DNA of 64,000 bases, from IMG/VR virus record IMGVR_UViG_3300036846_000489, positions 11,089-75,088 of that record. One strand, 5' to 3'. Under the pieces are notes generated by a model, which was not told where the DNA came from, did no database searches, and saw only the letters and a program-made list of their open reading frames with translations. The stretch is from a virus. Below, piece after piece: positions 28,808-38,833 of this stretch. The position numbers and the translations under genes are program-made. The number at the start of each line of letters is the position of its first letter. Within the stretch, counting starts at the first letter, position 1.

Positions 28808-29226
28808 GGCGAGAACTCCAACGTGCCGTCGGCGTGGACTATGGTGACGATCTTGCCTTGCTTTCTGGCGTATCGGATGGTTGCCCAGGTTCCCGACCGT
28901 GGCGAATGCGCTTCGTCCGAAGCGGGCGCGGCAATCAGTTCTTCGCTGAAATCGACGATGGTGTGATTTCTCTGAAGGTATTCCTGTTCGGGGTAGAGCT
29001 GGTCGAAATAGCCACACTCCACGGCACGGTGACGTTGGTTCTTGGGTGGGTGTCCAGCGACGAATATCCCGAGGCTGATAGCGATCCTGTGGGCCTGTTC
29101 GTCGGCACCGACACACACGCCGTGATGCAGCCATGCCGGAACCCGTGCCAAGAGAAGATCGGACAGAACGGCCTTCTGCACGTTCTTCATACCCTCTCGG
29201 GTGCCGGTGAAGCCAATATGCCTCAT
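28804..29226 (-). CDS. SLOG/DprA-like nucleotide-binding protein
   Basis: IGFTGTR..HHG.CVGAD..RN..IVD..SGTWATIRYA. Confidence 0.75.
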   Translation of the reverse strand: MRHIGFTGTREGMKNVQKAVLSDLLLARVPAWLHHGVCVGADEQAHRIAISLGIFVAGHPPKNQRHRAVECGYFDQLYPEQEYLQRNHTIVDFSEELIAAPASDEAHSPRSGTWATIRYARKQGKIVTIVHADGTLEFSP

Positions 29227-29477
29227 GATGACGCCACCAATCGTCTGGCATCCGATCCCTCGCTTTCCAGCGCGTTCTTCCCCGCCCGCGTGAGATCGAA
29301 GATCACCAGCCGCTTGTCGTCCGGGTCTTCTAGGGCACGCGCCCAGCCGCGCGCCACGAGGTTGTGGGCCTGCTTTCCCACCTGAGAGCGTGACAGGCCC
29401 ATCAATTCCCCGGCCTCGGTAGCTGATAGCGCCCCGTGCTGGTCGATCAGCGCCATCAGCTTCCGCGACGGCCTCAC
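29223..29477 (-). CDS. MarR-type winged-helix regulator
   Basis: LS..E..LSRSQV..L..RGW..DPDDKR..LT.AG. Confidence 0.75.
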   Translation of the reverse strand: MRPSRKLMALIDQHGALSATEAGELMGLSRSQVGKQAHNLVARGWARALEDPDDKRLVIFDLTRAGKNALESEGSDARRLVASS

Positions 29478-31000
29478 CCCAACTCTCCCTGCTTCTTGCC
29501 GAACGCTGCCGCCACGATGTCGAACGTCGGCTTGTCTTCCTTGTTCATCACCCTCATGCGTGGATACGCCGCATTCTTCGCCGCCTCGAAACCTTCCGTG
29601 TCGGTGATCCAATGCAGTTCGGCCATTCTCGCCTCGGCCCATTCCTTGTGGTCGCAGGCAGCGCCGATTGGCAGGATCAACTGACGTAGCCAGTCCGGCT
29701 TTGCCATCCCGCGCTTGGTCATGGCACCGGCAATAACCCTGACCGCCACCTGCCGGTAGAGGATTTCGGCGTCGGCCATGACCGACTTCTGGGCTTCCAG
29801 CCAGGACATCAGATATTCATCCTCCGGAAAATTCCCGATCAAAGACTTGACCCAGGCGCTCCACACCGGCCTCCCGTTGTTCATCGGCGGCTGCACCGTC
29901 TCAAAGGACAGCGGTGGACTTTCGTCTCCGCTGGTCTCCTTGCGCCACTCGTCCACGTCCTTGAGCAGCGGCGTGCGGGTCTTTCGTGCCGCAACCAGGG
30001 CGTCGGCGTTGTGGTGCAACAGGTTCTCTCTGGCCTCGGCTCCGGTCGCCGCGTTCCAGTATTCCTTGAACTCCCTTACCCAGCCGGCGACATCTGGGTA
30101 TAGCTCGCCGTCAGTCTCTCCCTCAGCGTCCCTCACCAAGAAATCGAACCTCTCCGGCGCGGCACTCAGACGCTCGCGCGCTTTCATCAAAGCCTCCCCT
30201 ATTTCCTTCTGCTTCCCGGCGTCGAGAGTGTTCACATTATCCCGCACCAGATCGACCAGAGCTTCCAGGTCTTCCGATGTTTTTGCATCAGCGAAGCCGT
30301 GGGCCAGCGCGCCCCACCACTGCGGGTTACGCTTGAGTATGTCTTCGACGCTCTTGGCCCAAACATTTCCCATCGACTTTTCTGATGGTGGCGGCGAGGC
30401 CGGCCCACGCTCCCGATGGGTTCCGTCCGTGTCTTCGCCCTTCACCACGATATTCAGCAGCGCGACGGTGAGATAGCGGATGGCAAAGGTCTGCGCGGCC
30501 CCGCCTTTCTGCTGAATACCCATGTAGGCATCTTTGTCGATTGGCTCCTGTTTCCTGGCGGTGAACGACCATCCGGTATCTTCGTGGATCAGTTCCCCCT
30601 CCACGATGATGTAGTCGGCGGTCTGCTCGATGGGCCGGAAGGTCAATCCGAACCCGTGCTTCGTCATGATCGGTCGAACCACTTCGTCGATGTCTTCCTG
30701 GGTGGCAAAGCCGTATTTTATGGTCCCCCCACGCTTCGTGACGGTATCCACCCTGCCCTTTTTCTCGATCTGCGGAATGTCGTGGTGCATCCGCACGAAC
30801 GCCTGTTTGGCGGCAATCTCCCGGTCGCGATCTTTGGTCCGCTCCCACAGGGTGGTCAGCCGCTCAAGCACCTCTATGTTTCCACTGGTGGAAGCTTGCG
30901 CCATCATGGTCATGATGGATGGCACGGCCTGTTCTACTACCTTCCCGTTCCCGGTGTGCGTGATGTTGATCTGCGCTTCGGATGTGTCTGTCTGGCTCAT
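29474..31000 (-). CDS. erf: ERF-family ssDNA annealing protein with long C-terminal extension
   Basis: YGFAT.EDI..VRP..KHGF..LIH..G..Q..G.A.TFA.RY..LNI..EDTDG. Confidence 0.85.
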   Translation of the reverse strand: MSQTDTSEAQINITHTGNGKVVEQAVPSIMTMMAQASTSGNIEVLERLTTLWERTKDRDREIAAKQAFVRMHHDIPQIEKKGRVDTVTKRGGTIKYGFATQEDIDEVVRPIMTKHGFGLTFRPIEQTADYIIVEGELIHEDTGWSFTARKQEPIDKDAYMGIQQKGGAAQTFAIRYLTVALLNIVVKGEDTDGTHRERGPASPPPSEKSMGNVWAKSVEDILKRNPQWWGALAHGFADAKTSEDLEALVDLVRDNVNTLDAGKQKEIGEALMKARERLSAAPERFDFLVRDAEGETDGELYPDVAGWVREFKEYWNAATGAEARENLLHHNADALVAARKTRTPLLKDVDEWRKETSGDESPPLSFETVQPPMNNGRPVWSAWVKSLIGNFPEDEYLMSWLEAQKSVMADAEILYRQVAVRVIAGAMTKRGMAKPDWLRQLILPIGAACDHKEWAEARMAELHWITDTEGFEAAKNAAYPRMRVMNKEDKPTFDIVAAAFGKKQGELG

Positions 31001-31203
31001 GATTGAACCTCCTTCCGCTTTTTCTCTTTCCGCAGTCTGTCAAGTTCCCGCTTTGACCTGCCCTCTCGGATGCTGCCGGACAGGATGACCATGGCACCAC
31101 ACGGATGCAGCGCCCTGAAGTGGCCGCTTCCGGTCGGCGTCACCGTGTATCCGAGGTCACGAGCAAATCTGAGAACGGTGTCTCGCGCATTTCGCGATGT
31201 CAT
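30997..31203 (-). CDS. HicA-like dsRBD-fold protein
   Basis: LGY.V..TGSGHF..HP.G..V..S. Confidence 0.55.
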   Translation of the reverse strand: MTSRNARDTVLRFARDLGYTVTPTGSGHFRALHPCGAMVILSGSIREGRSKRELDRLRKEKKRKEVQS

Positions 31204-31811
31204 GACACCGCCAGGGTCTGGTTCTTCACCCACTTGATCCCCGGTATTGTCCGGCGTGGCACGCGAGTTTTCGGGTGGCGATCCGCCATCACCGCCTTTA
31301 CCATCCGGTCGTCCACCGTGAGATATTCCTTGGGGACTTTGGCGATGTCCTCGACCTCGTATCCCCAGGTCTCCTTCACGGTTGCCTTTGAGCCATAGAT
31401 GCCCCGCACCGGCTCCTTTTCCTCAAAGACCCGAGCGCGGTCCCGGCGAATGGTAAAATCCCGCAGGGCCGAACGGAGCGGCTCCACCGCTGCGTCGATC
31501 ATCCCGGTGATGGTATTCGTCCAGACATCGACCTTTCTGCCGAGGGTCAAATACGGAGCCTTTTCCTCCTGGTGAAAATCCACGAAGGCCGAGCGGAGCG
31601 CCGCCACCATGCGGATGTTCTCGGTGAAAATACCAGCCGTCTCTTCGTCGCCGTCGTTGATGACAGGATGCTCCTGCCTGATCTGCGACAACGCCGGGGC
31701 GAGTTCTTTCCATCGGGTGAGAAGGTCCGAAGCGGCATATTCCAGCCACGCGAAAAGTTCTTCCGGCTTTGCCGTTTCGGGTCGTCGCGGCACATTCGCT
31801 ATGGTGTCCAT
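31200..31811 (-). CDS. Gam/Gp157-like coiled-coil recombination-associated protein
   Basis: EK.PY..G.KVD..; W.YEVED..KVP.EYL..IPG. Confidence 0.55.
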   Translation of the reverse strand: MDTIANVPRRPETAKPEELFAWLEYAASDLLTRWKELAPALSQIRQEHPVINDGDEETAGIFTENIRMVAALRSAFVDFHQEEKAPYLTLGRKVDVWTNTITGMIDAAVEPLRSALRDFTIRRDRARVFEEKEPVRGIYGSKATVKETWGYEVEDIAKVPKEYLTVDDRMVKAVMADRHPKTRVPRRTIPGIKWVKNQTLAVS

Positions 31812-32173
31812 GGTTTCCTCGGTATCAGTGGTCGCAGGTTCATCGGGTCCATGCTGGTCCACGGGTTCAGGCACGGATGATCCGGGTCGTGCCTTTTTGC
31901 CCATTCCTTGATCCCGATCAGGTAGCCGTAATGTCGGTCGCTGACTTTCTCTCCCCATTCGTGGATGTGAACGATCTGCGGACAGTCAAACGGATCAGCC
32001 ACCGTGTATCTGGCGCGGCTTCCATCGACCTCCGCGAACCACAGAAAATCTTCCTGGATGATCCGGCACGGCACCTTCCATCCCTTCCGAATGAGCGACA
32101 TCCGATACAGTCCAGGCTCAATGACATCCGGTCGTCTTGCCTGTTCTGGCCGGTGCATTCTGGAACGCGCCAT
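31799..32173 (-). CDS. Hypothetical protein
   Basis: First gene after the leftward promoter; EPGLYR..L.R.G..VP.RI. Confidence 0.55.
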   Translation of the reverse strand: MARSRMHRPEQARRPDVIEPGLYRMSLIRKGWKVPCRIIQEDFLWFAEVDGSRARYTVADPFDCPQIVHIHEWGEKVSDRHYGYLIGIKEWAKRHDPDHPCLNPWTSMDPMNLRPLIPRKPWTP

Positions 32174-32180
32174 GTGCGGG

Positions 32181-32256
32181 ATATTAGACAGGTTGTAGTT
32201 CGATTGTCAACATCTATTTCTCCATATTGACATATAGAAACCGCTTGCCGCATGGT
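32181..32256. promoter_or_regulatory. Divergent sigma70-like promoter pair
   Basis: TTGACA on - (32205-32210) and on + (32227-32232), weaker -10 boxes, AT-rich, at the strand switch. Confidence 0.65.
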
Positions 32257-32264
32257 CTGAATTT

Positions 32265-32633
32265 ATGGGGGATCAGCGTCCAACCATGGTCCGGTGCCGA
32301 ACCTTCACCGAGGTGCTGGACCTGTTTCCGAGCTTCACGTCGCTGGCGGCGAGCCTGCGGCTTCCCGCCTCCACGGTGCGTTCATGGAGCGTGAGAAACA
32401 ACGTGCCGGTGGCCTACTGGCACGACCTTGTCGCCGCCGCGCGGGCCACGGGAATTCACCTGACCCTCCACCGCCTGAATATCTGCATCAAACAACAGGA
32501 GCCACAGGATGGCAGCCAACAACGATCTGATCTGCGAAGCCAGTCGCGTCTATCGCGGCGACCGGCGGACTATGGACAGTCACAACGGACGGCTCAGGGC
32601 ACACCTGAAGCACTACGGCGAGCAAGGCGTTGA
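32265..32633 (+). CDS. Cro-like HTH protein
   Basis: V..F..LA..L..STV.SW..RN.VP..YW..LV.AA. Confidence 0.65.
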   Translation: MGDQRPTMVRCRTFTEVLDLFPSFTSLAASLRLPASTVRSWSVRNNVPVAYWHDLVAAARATGIHLTLHRLNICIKQQEPQDGSQQRSDLRSQSRLSRRPADYGQSQRTAQGTPEALRRARR

Positions 32634-33195
32634 CCTGAAGGCACTGCAACGGGTCAGCCGCGCATTCGGCAAGATGGAGCCGGAGGATTTCGTCAAGCTC
32701 CTGGCCACCGAACTCCACTACGCGAAGCTGATCCTGCGCGCCGAAGCCCAGCCGGAAATGTTCTTCGGGGAAGACAGCGATACCACGGTCAGCAACATGA
32801 CCCGCTATAGCGACGATGTGATGACCGCTGAAAGCAGGGGATACGAGGCCGGGCGCCAGGGCGTGGCACGCGACGAATGTCCCTACCCAGAGGGTTCCGA
32901 TCTGGCGAAATCCTGGAGGAAGTGGTGGAAGAACGGCGACACCCACCGCGCCGAGGTGAAGCCGGCCAGCAAGCCAGCAAATGCCAGCCGAAAGGAAGCG
33001 CGCAAGCGTCAAGCAAGAATGGCAGGCACCGAGGGTATTCAGTATTCCCCCAGGCGCAAGCGGCGTCAGCAGGCTGCGGAACAACAGGCCCAAACGGGCA
33101 AGCGGCGCGGCAGGCCGAAGGGCAGCAAGAACCGGCCAAAGGTGAACGGCCCCGAGGTGGTCGATTTCCCGGCACAGCTTCCGCCGGCAGCGTGA
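32509..33195 (+). CDS. GapR-like / Rmf-like / AT-hook fusion protein
   Basis: GVDLKAL..; RGYEAG..G..R..CPY..W..WW; KRRGRPKGSKN. Confidence 0.6.
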   Translation: MAANNDLICEASRVYRGDRRTMDSHNGRLRAHLKHYGEQGVDLKALQRVSRAFGKMEPEDFVKLLATELHYAKLILRAEAQPEMFFGEDSDTTVSNMTRYSDDVMTAESRGYEAGRQGVARDECPYPEGSDLAKSWRKWWKNGDTHRAEVKPASKPANASRKEARKRQARMAGTEGIQYSPRRKRRQQAAEQQAQTGKRRGRPKGSKNRPKVNGPEVVDFPAQLPPAA

Positions 33196-33779
33196 CAAAC
33201 CTTCCTCCCGGCGGGGTGTTGACGCTTGACCTCTCCACCATGGTCGGGTGGTGCTATGGGCCAGTGACGGGGAAACTCCCACTGGCCACTGGCACATGGG
33301 AACTTCCCACGTTCGACGGAACCAAGCTTGGACTTGGCTCCAAGGTTCCCTACGGAACCAAGGGTCACCGAGGCATGTCCCTGGAAAATAGCCTGATCCA
33401 AGACTTCCTCTGCGTCGGCAAGAATGAGATCGTGCTACCCAGCCTGATCATCGTAGAGAAGCCGTTGCCTCCCCAGGCGCAGACCCAAACGGAGACCTGC
33501 GCTTTGCAATACGGGCTTTCCTTTCTGGTCGAAAAGAATGCCTATGTCGCGAGTGTGCGGTATTCCGAGATCGAGGTCTGGAACGTTCGCCGCGAGGTAT
33601 TTGGGGAGGCGGTTCGGGTAAGCCCGAAGCAACTGAAATCGACGATCCTCAAGCTGATCCGGCAACGGGGTATTCCCGCCAGAGATCATCACCAAGCCGA
33701 CGCCGCCGCAATCTGGTTGTGCCACAAGCAGCGCTCCACCCACGGTGCCGGTCCTTTGTGGGAGGAATACGCGGCATGA
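33192..33779 (+). CDS. RuvC-like Holliday junction resolvase
   Basis: LTLDLST..GW; IIVEKP; DH..ADAAAI acidic triad. Confidence 0.75.
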   Translation: MTNLPPGGVLTLDLSTMVGWCYGPVTGKLPLATGTWELPTFDGTKLGLGSKVPYGTKGHRGMSLENSLIQDFLCVGKNEIVLPSLIIVEKPLPPQAQTQTETCALQYGLSFLVEKNAYVASVRYSEIEVWNVRREVFGEAVRVSPKQLKSTILKLIRQRGIPARDHHQADAAAIWLCHKQRSTHGAGPLWEEYAA

Positions 33780-33944
33780 AAATCAATGACCTCATCCTTG
33801 TCGCCATCATGGCGGAAATCGAGGATCATGCCGGGGACTGCAAGATCGAAATCCACAAGATTGTGCCACTGGATTATCCCCAACAGGTGAAGGTCGCGCT
33901 GGCCTTCGAAACCATGCTGGACAACATCGAGGATGCCATTCGAA

Positions 33945-34364
33945 ATGCCAGCGACATTGGATCAACGTGATCGGGAAAAGCTGATCAAGCTGCTGGGAAT
34001 GATCGGCTCGTCAGCGGACGGCGAGGCGCTCAACGCCGCCCGTCTGGCGAACAAGCTCGTTTCCGACCGGGGACTGACCTGGGGTCAGGTGCTCGCTGTC
34101 AACGGTGCCCAGGTATGGCCCCAAGGGGCACACCAGACCGTCTGGCCGCAGTCGTCCTGGTCGCCTCCACCGCCTCCCAGACCGTCGCAGATGGAGCGGT
34201 GGAGGACCGTGGCCGACTTCATCAAGACCTACCGGGCGGCTGAGATTAACGATTGGGAACAGCACTTTCTGGCCAGCATCTTGTCCAAGAGATCAGCTCT
34301 CACGCCGAAGCAGATGGAGACCCTGGTGAAGATCGGTCAGAAGTGCCGTATCATCGTTGACTGA
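33945..34364 (+). CDS. Hypothetical protein (DUF2786-like N-terminus)
   Basis: KL.KLLG..S..DGEALNA..; WE..FL.SI..LTPKQ..L. Confidence 0.55.
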   Translation: MPATLDQRDREKLIKLLGMIGSSADGEALNAARLANKLVSDRGLTWGQVLAVNGAQVWPQGAHQTVWPQSSWSPPPPPRPSQMERWRTVADFIKTYRAAEINDWEQHFLASILSKRSALTPKQMETLVKIGQKCRIIVD

Positions 34365-34801
34365 CCAACTTCTCTCCTGATTTCAACAGGATGCCGTGCC
34401 GGCTTCAACCGGTCTGTGCGGAACAGCAGAGAATTTGGGGGTTGACTGGTGAGGTCCGGGGTGTAGGCTTTTCCCTTCGACCCGACCTAGGTTCGTGCCT
34501 GAAATAGAACCGGCCCCGCTTGTCTAGAGCGGAGCCGGCAGACTTGGAGGTTGTGCGCCTACCAAGGAGGAAAAACGACCACCCTCCACGTAGCGCACTT
34601 CCTCCGTCATTGCAACAGGAGGAAAGCGCAAATGTCTGAAAATTCCGTGACAGCCCTCGATACCACCACCGACCAGCTTCTCGCTGAATGGCGGCGGCAG
34701 CTTCTGGTTGTGCCGCGTTTCGAGCGGTGGCACCGGACGGTGTGCCTGATCTCCAACCTGCTTCACAGCCTCGCCGTGGTCGAGGATTGGGAGGCCGGTC
34801 A

Positions 34802-35293
34802 ATGACTGGCACAGAAATTGCTCTCGCGCGCACACCCCTTTCTTCTACTTCTTCTACCTCTAACAACCAAGATAATAATTACAATCCTTTTGATACCAAG
34901 AAAGGGAAGGGAAGACGTAGTGATGGAACTAATCCCAGAGCACTAGGAACCAACCCTAAAGCTCTCGGAACTAACCCAAGAGCATTAGGCACCAATCCAA
35001 AGAAAATTGGAATTATCGTTCCGCAGGACTGGCGTCCTTCCCAGAGTGCTTGGACCTTTGCCACCAAGCTTGGATTTGGGGAAAGGGAACTTGCCCAATT
35101 CATCCGCTACAACCGGCATAAAAGGTATCACGCATTCAAATGGCAATGGAATAAAATTTTCGTCGGATGGTGCAAGAAAATCCATCAGCGGAAGGAGGAA
35201 CGGTCGGCACAACCGACAGAGACACCGATGGGACAATTCGGCGGGTCATTGCTTGATGGGAGAAAACTCGGGATGTGGGAGACGGTGTGGTGA
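34802..35293 (+). CDS. Replication initiator/DnaT-like protein with GTNPRAL repeats
   Basis: P.DWRPS..F..Y..W..F..W; immediately upstream of primase-helicase. Confidence 0.5.
   Translation: MTGTEIALARTPLSSTSSTSNNQDNNYNPFDTKKGKGRRSDGTNPRALGTNPKALGTNPRALGTNPKKIGIIVPQDWRPSQSAWTFATKLGFGERELAQFIRYNRHKRYHAFKWQWNKIFVGWCKKIHQRKEERSAQPTETPMGQFGGSLLDGRKLGMWETVW
34925..35008 (+). repeat. 4 x 21-bp tandem repeat (GTNP[RK]AL)
   Basis: ggaactaatcccagagcacta / ggaaccaaccctaaagctctc / ggaactaacccaagagcatta / ggcaccaatccaaagaaaatt. Confidence 0.85.
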
Positions 35294-37062
35294 TCGAGAA
35301 GAACCTGTTCGACCTCCTGGATGAACACGGCATTCCCCGCCTCAAAAGCTACCAGCCCGGCTACACCGAGAAACTGATCTGCCCCAAATGCGGGGGTGGA
35401 AGAACCCGAGACCACTGCCTGTCCGTGACCATCTCCGACGATGGCACAAACGCCATGTGGCAGTGCCACCGTGGAAACTGCGATGGCTTCTCCGGCAAGG
35501 TGTTCGTCAAGGGCGGGCACTTCGAACCAAAGCCCAAGCCTCGCCCAGCCAATCCGTTCGCCGATGCCGAGGTTCCCCAGGATCAGCCTGTTTATGCGCC
35601 GCCGTGGTATTGGGACTTTTGGGCCAACCGGCACATCGGGAAAAAGACCCTCGACGATCTCGGCATCCATTTTTCAGTTCATCCCGTCTTAGCTGACAGC
35701 ATCGTCTTCCCGTATCGGTGGAAAGGGAGGCTGGTCAATCGGAAATTCCGATCCCATCCGAACAAGGACTTCCGCAACGACGCCGGGTCGCAGCCGACGC
35801 TGTTCAACGTGGACAGCATCGATCCCAAGGAACCGCTGTATTGGGTCGAGGGAGAGATCGACGTTCTGACCATGCACGAGATGGGCTACCCGCACGTCGT
35901 CTCGTTGCGCGACGGTGCACCGCAGAAGGTCGGCCAGGGCGACAAGCGGTTCGAGGCACTGAATACCCACGCCGACGCGCTGCACAAGGTCGGCACACAC
36001 ATCCTGTGTCCCGACGCCGACAAGCCGGGTGAGGCGTGGCTGGAAGAACTCAGCCGGCGTCTGGGCCGGCACAGGTGCAAGATCGTGCGCTGGCCTGCGG
36101 GGCGAAAGGATGCCAACGACACGCTCTGCATGGCCGACGACGATGAACGAAATACCATCGAGTATTGCACCTCCCACGCGCAGCGGTTTCCGCTTCAGGG
36201 CATCCGCGACATTTCCGAGCGGGTGATCGAACGGGCGTTCACCAGAAAGCAACCCGACGTTCTGACCCTCGGGGTCCAGTCCATCGACAGCACGCTGAAG
36301 TTTCCCGCCGAGGGAAAGTTGATCGTGGTGAGCGGCGTGCCGTCCCACGGAAAGTCCACGTTCATGCGCTTCGTGACGGTCAAGACGATCCAGCACTACG
36401 AACGGAAATGGCTGGTGTTCGTGCAGGAAGACGACTTCCACGACTACGTCATCGACGTGGCAAAAATACATGCCGACAAGATGTATTCCGAGGTGACCAG
36501 GGAAGACCGTGGCGAGGCCGGCGCTTCGTTCATGAACGGCGGTCTGCGGATTTTGATGTTCGACGGCGAGCGTGATCCACCAACCATCGACACGATCTTG
36601 GAGCGGGCACGATTGTCCATTCTTCAGGACGGCACCACAGACCTGTTGCTCGATCCGTTCAACGAACTGGAAGATGCCTACGAGCATGGCGACCAAAGCC
36701 AGACCCAGCACATCGGCCGCACGCTGCAACGGCTCAAAGCCTTCGCCAAGGAATATTCCTGCAACGTCTGGGTCATCGCCCATCCGGCCAAGCCGTCCAA
36801 CGGTGAGCGCCATCCACCGGATGGATATTCCTGTGCCGGCTCGGCGAATTGGGCCAACAAGCCCGACCTTGGTTTTTCGGTCTGGCGTCCCGGTCCAATC
36901 GGCGACGTGGAACTTTACGTCTGGAAGAGCCGCACCCAGCGATGGGGTAGCGCGAAGACAGTCGCGAAGGCGTGGTTCAACGCTTCGATTGGCACCTACC
37001 ACACACCCACACCGAAGGAGACCGAACAGGCACCAACAGACACACCCGGTTGGATCGACTGA
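35275..37062 (+). CDS. T7 gp4/Twinkle-type primase-helicase
   Basis: CPKC..CHR..C Zn finger, TOPRIM EGEID..D.D..G..KDAND, Walker A GVPSHGKST, DP.N..IAHP.K. Confidence 0.92.
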   Translation: MGDGVVIEKNLFDLLDEHGIPRLKSYQPGYTEKLICPKCGGGRTRDHCLSVTISDDGTNAMWQCHRGNCDGFSGKVFVKGGHFEPKPKPRPANPFADAEVPQDQPVYAPPWYWDFWANRHIGKKTLDDLGIHFSVHPVLADSIVFPYRWKGRLVNRKFRSHPNKDFRNDAGSQPTLFNVDSIDPKEPLYWVEGEIDVLTMHEMGYPHVVSLRDGAPQKVGQGDKRFEALNTHADALHKVGTHILCPDADKPGEAWLEELSRRLGRHRCKIVRWPAGRKDANDTLCMADDDERNTIEYCTSHAQRFPLQGIRDISERVIERAFTRKQPDVLTLGVQSIDSTLKFPAEGKLIVVSGVPSHGKSTFMRFVTVKTIQHYERKWLVFVQEDDFHDYVIDVAKIHADKMYSEVTREDRGEAGASFMNGGLRILMFDGERDPPTIDTILERARLSILQDGTTDLLLDPFNELEDAYEHGDQSQTQHIGRTLQRLKAFAKEYSCNVWVIAHPAKPSNGERHPPDGYSCAGSANWANKPDLGFSVWRPGPIGDVELYVWKSRTQRWGSAKTVAKAWFNASIGTYHTPTPKETEQAPTDTPGWID

Positions 37063-37442
37063 AAGGGAGGACGCCATGAACCGCGAGACTGAGGTTGTTG
37101 AGCAAGCCATGCGAGACTTGGAAGAGGAACTGGACACCCGCTTTGACATGCACGAACGCATTGCCGTTCAGCACGTTCTTGAACGGCTGGTTGATGAAGC
37201 ACCCAGGAGGTATCAGCCATGGCACTGATCGAACTGCCGCAGATCGAGCATGTTTGGGTGTGCCTCTGTCGTGCTGAAACTGTCTGTCGTCCTGAGGATT
37301 TTTACCCCGGCGCTGTCTACCAGTGCCCCGGTTGCGAACGTGTGTGGGCATGCGTTAGTCCCCGGAGAGGCGGAAAAGCCTGGGTCAGAGTGACCGACCA
37401 GGATGCAGAATTCCATCGGCTAATGGATGAGGATGACTAGCA

Positions 37443-37763
37443 ATGGCACTGAATTACGGAATACACGGCAGCAGGGCTGCCAGGGATCAGGGTATTTCTC
37501 TGGTCTCGGGAAACGCCACGTCCTTCATGGCACGCGGCATGGAATACATCCAGAAGCTTCCGCCCGGTGATTACACCAGCGAGGATATTAATGCCCGGCT
37601 GGACATCGCCGGCATCAAGCCGCACACCCCAAAGGCGTATGGGGCGCTGACTTCCCATGCGGTGCGGCTCGGTCTGCTGGAAGATACCGGGCGGGTGCGG
37701 CAGATGAAGAAATACAAGAGCCACGCCCGCCGCACGCCGGTCTGGCGCCGGCCGGCTTGGTGA
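37443..37763 (+). CDS. Hypothetical protein
   Basis: P..AYGAL..SH.R..VW conserved phage motif. Confidence 0.55.
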   Translation: MALNYGIHGSRAARDQGISLVSGNATSFMARGMEYIQKLPPGDYTSEDINARLDIAGIKPHTPKAYGALTSHAVRLGLLEDTGRVRQMKKYKSHARRTPVWRRPAW

Positions 37764-38386
37764 TGGCCAAGGGAGGCAGACCAGCCGTTCCGGACGAACT
37801 GGTGCCGGCGGCGATCCGGATGCTGATGACCTACGGTCCCACGGCGGTCATGGAGGCGCACTGGCGTGATCCGGATGACACGACACCGAACGCGGCACGG
37901 AACGCCAGAGAGGTCAGGGGGTTCCGGTCTTACGATCCGCTGCGGTGGTCGCGCCGCCGGCATGGTGACGCCAGTTCGATCACCGAGCTTCACATCCATG
38001 CCGCCGACCGGCTTCGACACGCCGCCGACGTGGCACGCCTAGGAGGGCTTCCAGGGCCGTTGCCAGGGTGGGGCGCCACCCCTACCCAGGCCGGCCGCTA
38101 CAGCCCGTCCACGGGCTTCCCCGCCGCCGCACGGGCCATGTTGCGGGCCGACCGGGAATACCGGAGAGCCATGAGCATTCTGATACCGTCCGAACAGGAG
38201 ATCATCGTCGTGGTCGTGCTGAGAAACGTCAGCATTGCTGCCTGGACGCGGCTTCGAAGATACCTCGGGGACCGGACCCTGCCGCAGACCGAGACGGCCA
38301 AGCTGGTTGGCGCTTTGGACAAGCTGGTTGACCACTACGACACCGAGATCAAGGAAGACATGGCATTCGGGAGGGTCGAGGTATGA
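37763..38386 (+). CDS. Putative late transcription regulator (Q/antiterminator-like)
   Basis: IT..AA.RL..; VV..S..W..L..ALD.L..HY; end of replication arm. Confidence 0.45.
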   Translation: MAKGGRPAVPDELVPAAIRMLMTYGPTAVMEAHWRDPDDTTPNAARNAREVRGFRSYDPLRWSRRRHGDASSITELHIHAADRLRHAADVARLGGLPGPLPGWGATPTQAGRYSPSTGFPAAARAMLRADREYRRAMSILIPSEQEIIVVVVLRNVSIAAWTRLRRYLGDRTLPQTETAKLVGALDKLVDHYDTEIKEDMAFGRVEV

Positions 38387-38682
38387 AGCTGCCGACCAGC
38401 GCTTCCCAGCCGGTCATCGATCTGCTGCGAGAGATCAATGAAACCGCCAATCGGAAAAAGGTCGAAGACCTGCGGGATCAGATCAACGATATCCTGGTCG
38501 ATGAGAACCGATGCGACAGCATGTTTGCCATGGTTCTTGTGCTGTCGGGAATGGCCATCGATCAGCCGGAAGAGAACTGCCAGGAAATCATTCTGCAATC
38601 ATTCTACACGCTCGCGAGACAGGTCATCTATTTGTGGGAAATGAAGCAGGACGGGAACCATCGCCGGAATTTCCAACCGTAG
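38383..38682 (+). CDS. Hypothetical protein
   Basis: ATGA coupled. Confidence 0.5.
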   Translation: MKLPTSASQPVIDLLREINETANRKKVEDLRDQINDILVDENRCDSMFAMVLVLSGMAIDQPEENCQEIILQSFYTLARQVIYLWEMKQDGNHRRNFQP

Positions 38683-38833
38683 ACGCCCCGTGACGCCCCT
38701 GTGTGGCCAGAAAATGCTGTAGAACACTGGAAATATCGGATAATTCCGAAACTCTGCACGACAGAAGGCGCTGGACAAACCGAAAAAATGCGCCGAGAAT
38801 AATCAGGAAGGACACGCAACCAGGAGAACGAAC

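Noticed and set aside
35689-37161. Long antisense ORFs (also 14925-16193, 55968-57158 and similar)
   Set aside because: Shadow frames of well-supported GC-rich genes on the opposite strand
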